A stretch of 32,589 nt of DNA. Origin: a virus. Taxonomy: Duplodnaviria > Heunggongvirae > Uroviricota > Caudoviricetes. Both the position numbers and the translations under genes were made by a program. Below, piece after piece: positions 8,518 through 15,989 of the stretch. The stretch is from IMG/VR virus record IMGVR_UViG_3300037466_003234. One strand, 5' to 3'. Positions within the stretch are counted from its first letter, which is position 1; every line of letters starts with the position of its first letter. The notes under the pieces were generated by a model that saw only the letters and a program-made list of their open reading frames with translations, searched no databases and was not told where the DNA came from.

Positions 8518-10461
8518 TTAAAAATTCCAGTGAAAGCCGCCCTTACGGCCATTTCCGCCCTGCTGAGTCTCATTACCGCCTTGTAAAGCATTCGAGATCT
8601 CTTGGCGCATCTGATTCTGATGCTGGAGGCGCTTAGCAAGCTCTTCTCTGCCTTCTGGAGTCGATCCATCGATTGGTTTGCCATCTGGACCTGTCCAAGT
8701 AACTCCGGGCTTCTGAGGGCCTTTAACAGGGAACATGTTTTGACCGATATAGCGCATGGCGTCGGCAGGGTCGGCAATACCAGGAGTATCGTCTGGCTCA
8801 AGCGTAGGATTACCCGCACCATCGAGCTTAAAGTGATGCTTAACGAAGGCATTAATGGCTTTCATGCCGTTTTCCGTATAGAGAACCTTAAGCCAGCGGC
8901 GTCCGCCACCGTCAACGATCTTAGAACGCAAGGCTTCGATACCACCCATCACGTCTTTGGTAAAAGAAGGCGATTTCATGCCATTTTTATTGAAAGACTT
9001 GATATGTGATGGCATAGCTTGGTCACACCACCATTTTTCGATCTTATACTTGTCGCGGTAGTTAATGGCGATAGCAAGCATGTCTTGGAATTCAAGGCCT
9101 GGAGCCATGTAAAGGTCCACAACCCAGATTTCACCGTTAGGGATCATGGCGAAAACGACAATGACGAAATCGTGGGTATAACCCCAGTCAACTCCGGCGT
9201 AGAATCTAATGCCAAGAGTTTGCATGACATGGAGTAGGTCGATTTCTGAGACCTTCTTTTTAAGCTGAATGCCAAGCTCGCGAGCGGTCTTTTCCATCTC
9301 CTCGCCACCAAGGAGCGTGGTCATGGCCTTTTCGAGCGTAATAACGTTAGTATTGAGCTTATCGTCTTTACTGACGGTCGAATCAAAGCGAGGATAGACG
9401 AGACCCTTACTGGAAGGCTTCCAGCACATAAGCTGGGCTTCACCCATGTCAGGATTGGTCTTACGGAAGGTGTTGATAACAGCCTTAATTGGCTTATAAA
9501 GACCGCCTGTAGCCTCTGGAGGCCTATCTGCAAGGCGTGTTCTACATACGCCAAGGAGAGGGCATGTGACGCAGCCGCCGTGAGCCGTGATCTTTTCCCA
9601 TTTCGTCTTTTCAGCCTCAGGAAGCTCATCAAACTCTTCTTGGCTAAGTGACTTAGGAGGGAGGGCCTTGGTAATATAGCGTTCTTCTTTAGGTAGCTCT
9701 GGCTTATGGCGCTCTGGAGGGCAGCGCTCGGTAACGTCAATGATGTTCCAGCGAACGATCTTGTCACCAGCGATAGGAGCCTTGTCGATCTCCTGCTGCA
9801 TCAAACCGAACGAGAACTTACGAGTGGAGAGCTTAACGGTAAGAGGATGGCGGCCTTTAGCGTAACCCGGAATGAGCTTAGCTTCTTCATACGCCATTGG
9901 ATCTTTAACAACGTCAATCTCGTCAACGAACATAAGCGTGGTATGCTCGGAGTTAGCTCCGCCGAGCGTACACACGATGACGCGAATATAAACGTCGTCG
10001 CCGTTAGGAGTACGGAATTCGATCTTACCCTTATTTTGGGAGGTATTCACCCAGCCCGCAGTCTCCATGAGAGGGGCAAGCTTATTGAAGAAAAGGTTGA
10101 TATACTGAATGGCCTTAGCGGATTGTGATTGAATAGCGGCCATGTGGGCGATCGTCACTTCGAAGTGAAGCATGAGGAGAGCTTCAAGAATCGAGGCGCC
10201 CAAGGTCTTATAGCACTCACGAGCCGAGAGCATGATGTAGCCTGGGATCTCGTCTGCGGTGTTATCTTTGATGGTCTTATAGATCTCCCACATCGCATCG
10301 ATTGGGGAGGCGTTTGAGTCTGGATCTACCGTTCCGATAGGCATATCCAGACCCAAGAAAAACATTACCCAGTCCTTAAGCTCCTGGGGGGAGTTTAGGG
10401 GTTGAAATAAGAGCTTTGCTAGCTCCTGTTTCTTATTGTCGGGTAACTCCTTAAAATTCAT
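8518..10461 (-). CDS. terL: Terminase large subunit
   Basis: Walker A variant SARECYKT, Walker B LMFVDEID, RNase H-like nuclease FYAGVDWGY and C-terminal ADPADAMRY. Confidence 0.9.
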   Translation of the reverse strand: MNFKELPDNKKQELAKLLFQPLNSPQELKDWVMFFLGLDMPIGTVDPDSNASPIDAMWEIYKTIKDNTADEIPGYIMLSARECYKTLGASILEALLMLHFEVTIAHMAAIQSQSAKAIQYINLFFNKLAPLMETAGWVNTSQNKGKIEFRTPNGDDVYIRVIVCTLGGANSEHTTLMFVDEIDVVKDPMAYEEAKLIPGYAKGRHPLTVKLSTRKFSFGLMQQEIDKAPIAGDKIVRWNIIDVTERCPPERHKPELPKEERYITKALPPKSLSQEEFDELPEAEKTKWEKITAHGGCVTCPLLGVCRTRLADRPPEATGGLYKPIKAVINTFRKTNPDMGEAQLMCWKPSSKGLVYPRFDSTVSKDDKLNTNVITLEKAMTTLLGGEEMEKTARELGIQLKKKVSEIDLLHVMQTLGIRFYAGVDWGYTHDFVIVVFAMIPNGEIWVVDLYMAPGLEFQDMLAIAINYRDKYKIEKWWCDQAMPSHIKSFNKNGMKSPSFTKDVMGGIEALRSKIVDGGGRRWLKVLYTENGMKAINAFVKHHFKLDGAGNPTLEPDDTPGIADPADAMRYIGQNMFPVKGPQKPGVTWTGPDGKPIDGSTPEGREELAKRLQHQNQMRQEISNALQGGNETQQGGNGRKGGFHWNF

Positions 10462-10467
10462 ATAATT

Positions 10468-10683
10468 TTAAGATTGCTCTTCGCTAATAACGATATCCCC
10501 GATAAGCTCTAAGGTAACTTTTGCGAATCCTCGACTTGGAATTTCTAGCTTATAATTAGTCACCAAAGGAATTTTAACGCCATTTACATAAACGGTCGCG
10601 CCCATTCCGGTCAAAATTTTACCCTTATGAGCTTTCTTTTTTCTAACTTCAATAGTAGGGATTTTTTGCTTTTCTAATTTCAT
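10468..10683 (-). CDS. Small hypothetical protein (AT-rich)
   Basis: 71 aa between GroEL and TerL; basic N-terminus then beta-strands (ATVYVNGVKIPLVTNYKLEI). Confidence 0.7.
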   Translation of the reverse strand: MKLEKQKIPTIEVRKKKAHKGKILTGMGATVYVNGVKIPLVTNYKLEIPSRGFAKVTLELIGDIVISEEQS

Positions 10684-10765
10684 TTTTTACTCTTTTCTTT
10701 AGGTACACCTACAATTGGTGGGTTCACCAAGGGCTTACCCCACCTATCGTTATATTCTTTAGCCA

Positions 10766-12535
10766 TTACGCACGCTCGTTAGCTTCGTTAACGAAGGAGT
10801 CTGGGTTCTCAACTGCACGCATGAACTCAGAGTCAGCGCGAGCTTCAGCACGCTCGAAAACATCGTCACGAGGGTGGCAAACGAGCCCGCCCATGGTTCC
10901 CAGAACGCATGCGATAGAAACAGCGTTACTTAGGGACTCGGACACTGCCTTGGTCGCGTCAAAGAGGCCTAGCTCTTCAGCTTTGCCAAACTTCTCATTT
11001 TCGATGTCGTAAACGTCACCTGGGTTGTGGACCAAGTGGTTAAGAACGTTTTGGATCTCGTCTTGAGGATAGCCAGCGTTATCAAGAAGGCGGCTAGGGA
11101 GACTTAGGAGGGAGGGCATAAGAACCTCCCTAGCCGGATCGCCAACGTCAAGCTCCTGGGCTAGCTTGAGGGCCATATCAATTGATAATCTGCATCCACC
11201 TGGAAGAGCGCCGTGACCGATAGCGGAACGAACTGCGCAAACAGCGTCTTCGCAGCGGTCATGAGCTTCTTTAAGTTCGCCGTTAGATCCACCGTAAATG
11301 GTAAGCTTTGCGATACCATTGGTGATCTTTCCGAGACGCTCTTCAAGCCACATTCTTTCAGCTTGAGACTCAGCATTTTGCTTTTGCTGCTTGAGTTGGT
11401 CAGCGCGAACTTCAACGTTCACTGCATCTGGATCGCCGATAACGGTCGAGCGGAAGCGATAGCATTCGAAGCTCTCCATTCCGTGTCCGAGATCTTCAAC
11501 CGTTGCTTGGGATAGAGGATCTTTAAGACCGAATACCTTAGCGCCAGTGAAAGCGGCCAAATCCATGAGGAAGTGGAGTTGGCTGTTAAGGAACTGAGCC
11601 ATTGGGGTGATCATTGGAAGGACGTTAATCGTGCTAGGATTTGCGAAGTTGAATGCGAGGGTCGTGAGCACGTTTTCGCTGAATCCGTGGGCAACAATGA
11701 CGACGTTTTTGAAGTCGGCATCTCCGCTGACGTAACGCTCGCCGATCGCAGCAAGCATTTGGTCAACCTGAACGAGGTCGTTGATTTGGCCGTCAAAGAG
11801 AAGGAACAAAGGCTTCTCTAAGTAACAGCGTTGATTTGCTTGGTCGTTTACGAAAGCGGTGTGAAGCTTACCAATCGACTCTTCATATCCGACAGGAATT
11901 GGGAATCCATCGATACGCTCAACCTTGTAGCCTTGAGGGCCAGAGATTTCGCGGATGGTAACGTGCGAAGCGTCGCCATAACCAATCTCTTCAAAGGCTT
12001 GGATAACAGCGTTTGCCATATCTTCGTCGCCGTTAGCCGAAATCTTTGCGACCATCTTGAGCATGGCTTTATTGTCGTCGTTAATTTGAATACTGCGAGA
12101 GTTGATGTATGGAATCAACATTTCGCGAGTGACCTTTTGAATGCGACGAGCTGCGCGTTGAGGGCTATACTTCTTGTGCTGTTCACAGAAAGCAAAAAGG
12201 TTCTTAATGATTGCCTCAGATAGAACCGTAGCCGTGGTCGTTCCGTCACCAGCTTCAGAAGCGGTACGCTGGGCAACGTCGCGAGCTTGCTCAATAATAA
12301 GGTGCTTATAGGCGTTAACTGCACCCAAGGACTTGAAGACCGTAACACCGTCTTTGGTGTTCTTGCTTGGGATGCCCGGATAGTCGCTTTCGATCAAGAT
12401 ATTGCGACCGCCTGGACCCATAGTGCGACCAACTGCGTCGGCAACTTCTCCCATGGTTTCAAGGACTAATGACTTAAGCTTCTTTTGATCCGTTAGATAG
12501 ATCTTTGGCGCTGTTTTCGCCTTACGATGTGACAT
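10766..12535 (-). CDS. groEL: Phage chaperonin GroEL (Cpn60), divergent
   Basis: TMGPGGRN, TKDGVTV, AGDGTTTATVL, KISANGD, EDAVCAVRSA, PGG, GLFDATK; GGGAG SD; no C-terminal GGM repeats. Confidence 0.95.
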   Translation of the reverse strand: MSHRKAKTAPKIYLTDQKKLKSLVLETMGEVADAVGRTMGPGGRNILIESDYPGIPSKNTKDGVTVFKSLGAVNAYKHLIIEQARDVAQRTASEAGDGTTTATVLSEAIIKNLFAFCEQHKKYSPQRAARRIQKVTREMLIPYINSRSIQINDDNKAMLKMVAKISANGDEDMANAVIQAFEEIGYGDASHVTIREISGPQGYKVERIDGFPIPVGYEESIGKLHTAFVNDQANQRCYLEKPLFLLFDGQINDLVQVDQMLAAIGERYVSGDADFKNVVIVAHGFSENVLTTLAFNFANPSTINVLPMITPMAQFLNSQLHFLMDLAAFTGAKVFGLKDPLSQATVEDLGHGMESFECYRFRSTVIGDPDAVNVEVRADQLKQQKQNAESQAERMWLEERLGKITNGIAKLTIYGGSNGELKEAHDRCEDAVCAVRSAIGHGALPGGCRLSIDMALKLAQELDVGDPAREVLMPSLLSLPSRLLDNAGYPQDEIQNVLNHLVHNPGDVYDIENEKFGKAEELGLFDATKAVSESLSNAVSIACVLGTMGGLVCHPRDDVFERAEARADSEFMRAVENPDSFVNEANERA

Positions 12536-12573
12536 TCAGTATTTTCTCCCTTTACTAAATTCTTATTTTTCTT

Positions 12574-12597
12574 ATATCACAGACAAAAACGTGATAT
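12574..12597. repeat. Inverted repeat ATATCAC-N10-GTGATAT in the divergent groEL/helicase promoter region
   Basis: Perfect 7-bp arms at 12574-12580 and 12591-12597. Confidence 0.8.
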
Positions 12598-12600
12598 TTT
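12592..12600 (+). promoter_or_regulatory. Extended -10 (TGa TATTTT), probably leaderless helicase transcript
   Basis: ATG 12608 is 7 nt after the -10; no SD upstream. Confidence 0.5.
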
Positions 12601-12607
12601 AAGTTTA

Positions 12608-14128
12608 ATGAGATTGGTTATTGAGACGCCCACAAAGGCCTTTATTGAAGACTATACCGACGACGAAATGGCATCGTTAATTGTACAATTAACGTATACC
12701 AACACTGCCGTTCATCATCAGATGAAGCGCCACGCCAATAACCACTTTTGGCGCAGCAGGAATAAAGAGACTTGGCAGGCTGAATACGACAAGCTTAAGG
12801 CCGCCGTTAAGAACACGTTAATTTTTGAAGAAGATGGTCGCAAGTTTATCAGACCAGGGTCGATCCCCTATCTGACTGGTTTTGAGATCTCGACTGTAAA
12901 TAACGTCAAGTATCCAAAGATGAAAAAGGTACCTTGGGCTAAACCCTTGCCTTTTGAGCTTCACCCCTACCAAGACGATAGCTGGCAGAAACTTATCGAG
13001 GAATGTCTGGCCCTTGGTATACCTACCAACGTCGAGCTTTGCACTGGAGCGGGTAAGTCTGCGATTCTACTTAAAATTTGCCGTGAGGCGGGACTAAATG
13101 CCGCAATTATTGCTCCCTCTAAAAGTATTTTCCATGAACTTTTAGAGAAGTTTGAGTATCACCTCGGCAAAGGTAAAATTGGCGCTTTTGGCGACGGTAA
13201 AAAGAAGCTCGGAAAACAATTTACAATTTGTATCGGAGACTCCATCGCGAATGTGAAGGAAGGAACCCCGGAATGGGAATTCTTCTCTAAGCTCGACATG
13301 ATGTGCGTTGACGAGAGTCATACCTGGGGCGCCGATAGCCTTGAGGAGATCTGTCATGGTGTACTTTCTAATGTCCCTTATCGCTTTTTCTTTTCTGGCA
13401 CACAAACGCGAGGAGATGGTACAGCGCCGCTTCTACAGAGCATCATTGGCAAGACAGTCTGCACGCTCACGACAATGGAGGCAGTTGCAAAGGGTTATAT
13501 ATGCCCGCATGAGTACCGAATCGTTGAAGTCCAATCATCCAACCCTAATTTCAATAGCCAAGACGCGCTAGAGATGAAGCGTGCCCATTTCTTGGGCAAT
13601 AAAAATATCGCTAAAATCGTCGCTCAACTCGCAAACGCAACGGCGTTAGCATCTGGCAAGCAAACCCTTGTTTTGGTTGAAGAATTGGGTCAGGTAGCCA
13701 TGCTAACGAAGCTTCTAAAAGTACCTTTCGCCTATGCCCATTCCGAAAAGAAAGCGGATAGGCTCGCCGAGCTTGGCCTTGAGAAGGTTAATCCAGCTGA
13801 AAGTGTCGAAAAGTTTAACAGGAACGAAGTTAAGGTGTTAATTGGCACAAGCTGCATTTCTACTGGAACCAATATCTTTCCGACCCACTCGGTTGTGAAC
13901 TGGGTAGGGGGGTCTTCCGAAATTAAGACCAAGCAGGGCGCCGTTGGACGTGCTGTCCGTAAAGGTGCCTCCAATCCTTGGGCCGATAAGTGTGTTCCTA
14001 AGGATAAGGCCGTTATTTTTGACTTTGACGTGATTGACTGCGAAGTTAATAGTAGGCACTTAGCTTTAAGACTTGACTATTACGGAGATTCTGGTCCAGA
14101 TCTCATAAAGTATGTCAAGTTGAAATAA
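12608..14128 (+). CDS. Superfamily 2 helicase, UvsW-like
   Basis: LCTGAGKS (Walker A), CVDESH (DExH), FSGT (III), STGTNI (V), QGAVGRAVR (VI). Confidence 0.92.
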   Translation: MRLVIETPTKAFIEDYTDDEMASLIVQLTYTNTAVHHQMKRHANNHFWRSRNKETWQAEYDKLKAAVKNTLIFEEDGRKFIRPGSIPYLTGFEISTVNNVKYPKMKKVPWAKPLPFELHPYQDDSWQKLIEECLALGIPTNVELCTGAGKSAILLKICREAGLNAAIIAPSKSIFHELLEKFEYHLGKGKIGAFGDGKKKLGKQFTICIGDSIANVKEGTPEWEFFSKLDMMCVDESHTWGADSLEEICHGVLSNVPYRFFFSGTQTRGDGTAPLLQSIIGKTVCTLTTMEAVAKGYICPHEYRIVEVQSSNPNFNSQDALEMKRAHFLGNKNIAKIVAQLANATALASGKQTLVLVEELGQVAMLTKLLKVPFAYAHSEKKADRLAELGLEKVNPAESVEKFNRNEVKVLIGTSCISTGTNIFPTHSVVNWVGGSSEIKTKQGAVGRAVRKGASNPWADKCVPKDKAVIFDFDVIDCEVNSRHLALRLDYYGDSGPDLIKYVKLK

Positions 14129-14144
14129 GGTTCAATGATATATA

Positions 14145-14167
14145 GGGGTTGTAAGGAAAACAACCCC
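14145..14167 (+). promoter_or_regulatory. 8-bp hairpin GGGGTTGT-AAGGAAA-ACAACCCC enclosing the sigma-gene SD
   Basis: Perfect inverted repeat ending 1 nt before ATG 14169; AAGGA sits in the loop. Confidence 0.75.
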
Positions 14168-14168
14168 G

Positions 14169-15203
14169 ATGCAAAAGCAAAAAAGACCAGAAGGTTTCGA
14201 CGATAGCTTCTATAAGCTAGCAGCGGCAGTCACGCGAACCCTTGAGCGCAATAAAGACGGTACCCTCCAGCCAGAGCAGGTCGAAGAGCTTTTGGACGCT
14301 GAACGCAAGTTTAAGGAGACGATCCTTAAATACAGACAAGCTACTGAAATTTATAAAAAATTTCTTCAGAAGGTTTGCATCCAAAACAAGAACATCCTCT
14401 CTGCTCGCCCCTATTTCCGTGAAGCTGCGACCTCTTTTAGCAAAAAGATCACGCCTGCTATCAAGAACGAAGACATCGAAGCCTTAAAGACGTTTAGTAT
14501 CAATTTTCAGTTTATTAAATTCATTAAAGAAAACTGGCTAGGCCCCTTCCCAAAGCGTGCTGAGCAACTTTACGACCGCGTTAATTTGGCCAGAAATAAG
14601 CTCATCGAAAATAACATGCCTTTGGCGATCAATCGAGCAAAGCTTTTCTACCGTAAGGTACCAAAAAGCCACCTTACGCTCATGGACTTTATCCAGATCT
14701 GCTCGATGGGCCTTGCCGCAGGTATCGATAAGTGGTGCGCCCCTAAGTATTCCCCAGTATTCCGCTCAGTTTGCATCGGTCGCATGGTCGGAAACATGAT
14801 CGATAGCTATTCTGAGACCACGCTTCATTTCTACCCCTCAGACCGCCGTATTCTCTATAAGGCCAATTCCATACGTGGCCGCAGGGGCATTGACGATATC
14901 GAAGAATTAACACGCGCCGTTAACGAAAGCTTTAAGCAAGACGCCAAAGAAGGCAAGTCAATCCCTAAGGATAACATCACGGTAAGCGAGCTTTCCTCTC
15001 TTATGAATGCCGCTTCCATGATGAGCGCTGACGCTACGGTTAACGAAGAGGGGTATGGCGTTTACCATTACACCCAAGATACGAATCAAGACATCGAAGG
15101 ATCGTTAATTGAGCGCGAAGCCACCAACAAGATGTTAATTCTTGCAAAAAATCTTCCAATGCTCCACAGAAAAGTGTTGCGTTTGAAGGGTATTAAGATT
15201 TAA
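14169..15203 (+). CDS. sigma70-family RNA polymerase sigma factor lacking region 4.2
   Basis: Region 2: ARNKLIENNMPLAINRAK...LMDFIQICSMGLAAGIDKW...VFRSV; ends NLPMLHRKVLRLKGIKI*, matching region 4.1. Confidence 0.85.
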   Translation: MQKQKRPEGFDDSFYKLAAAVTRTLERNKDGTLQPEQVEELLDAERKFKETILKYRQATEIYKKFLQKVCIQNKNILSARPYFREAATSFSKKITPAIKNEDIEALKTFSINFQFIKFIKENWLGPFPKRAEQLYDRVNLARNKLIENNMPLAINRAKLFYRKVPKSHLTLMDFIQICSMGLAAGIDKWCAPKYSPVFRSVCIGRMVGNMIDSYSETTLHFYPSDRRILYKANSIRGRRGIDDIEELTRAVNESFKQDAKEGKSIPKDNITVSELSSLMNAASMMSADATVNEEGYGVYHYTQDTNQDIEGSLIEREATNKMLILAKNLPMLHRKVLRLKGIKI

Positions 15204-15206
15204 GAT

Positions 15207-15222
15207 AAAAATAAGGATTTAG
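15207..15222 (+). promoter_or_regulatory. AAAAATAAGGATTTAG motif shared with the groEL leader
   Basis: 15/16 identical to AAAAATAAGAATTTAG (minus strand 12570-12555). Confidence 0.6.
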
Positions 15223-15232
15223 GAGAAATAAC

Positions 15233-15571
15233 ATGTCTAAGGGAACTTCTTACAATAACCGCTTGATCGTGGAAGCATATGTTACCGACAAATCCTTGCG
15301 TGCAAACGTAAGCAATGGATTTGCAAAGATTGAACAAAAAGTTCAACTCAAAGGTCTCAGGGTTCTTGTCGATGGGATGATCGCTATTGGAAATACTCCA
15401 GTACGCGTTCCTGCCGGCCACATTGCCTACATCAAGGAAGAGCTTCTTCACACCCAGCCTTGGGCTACCAAGAAGCTTACCTGCGAGACTATGCCAGGCG
15501 TTGAGTTCATCATTGTGGATGCAAACCACGTTGAATTCGTCGCTCCACCTGAAGAGAAACCAGCTGCATGA
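15233..15571 (+). CDS. groES: GroES/Cpn10-like co-chaperonin (divergent)
   Basis: AGGAG SD; NNRLIVEAY resembles DRVIVKR; mobile-loop-like LRANVSNGFAKIEQK; VPAGHIAYI resembles VKVGDIVIF; GVEFIIVDANHVEFV resembles EEVLIMSESDILAIV. Confidence 0.65.
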   Translation: MSKGTSYNNRLIVEAYVTDKSLRANVSNGFAKIEQKVQLKGLRVLVDGMIAIGNTPVRVPAGHIAYIKEELLHTQPWATKKLTCETMPGVEFIIVDANHVEFVAPPEEKPAA

Positions 15572-15771
15572 GCGTAGAATGGGCTATTGTCGATATCGAT
15601 GGTAACGAGGCCAAGAAAGGCACTTGTTCGGCGTGTCACATGGAAAAGTACATCTACGTCAAAACCACCAAGTATTTCTATCCAGCGGTAGTTCACCCTG
15701 GAAAAGCTTCTGACTTCACACCAGTAGATCTTTGCATCGACTGTTTTGGGGAAGGGTATAAAGTAACATGA
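15568..15771 (+). CDS. Small zinc-finger protein
   Basis: CSAC...CIDC; ATGA-coupled. Confidence 0.7.
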   Translation: MSVEWAIVDIDGNEAKKGTCSACHMEKYIYVKTTKYFYPAVVHPGKASDFTPVDLCIDCFGEGYKVT

Positions 15772-15989
15772 TTATAAGCTTTGAAATCGGCAAAATAGCG
15801 GGCAAGCTCGACTGGTCCTACCACAAAGGTATTTGTGGCTGCCGAATCCTTAGCATTGGCCGTTACTATATCACTCTTATCAATAACGACTGTAAGTGTG
15901 GCGTATGTAGGCAATACACCTGCATATGTCCTAAGATTGAACTCAAATGCCTAAACCATGAAGGGCCTGACTGTCCATGCATGTACTGA
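15768..15989 (+). CDS. Small Cys-rich protein
   Basis: CKCGVC...CIC...C...CPC; ATGA-coupled. Confidence 0.6.
   Translation: MIISFEIGKIAGKLDWSYHKGICGCRILSIGRYYITLINNDCKCGVCRQYTCICPKIELKCLNHEGPDCPCMY

Noticed and set aside
12574-12597. CIRCE element or lambda-type operator upstream of groEL
   Set aside because: The arms do not match TTAGCACTC-N9-GAGTGCTAA; TATCAC resembles a lambda half-site but the spacer is 10, not 5.
4111-14059. Numerous 60-165 aa ORFs antisense to or inside head, portal, terL, groEL and helicase genes
   Set aside because: They have no SD or motifs and fully overlap well-supported genes.
15190-15270. Frameshift or read-through restoring sigma region 4.2
   Set aside because: The read-through frame gives DKNKDLGEITCLRELLTITA*, and the other frames stop almost immediately.
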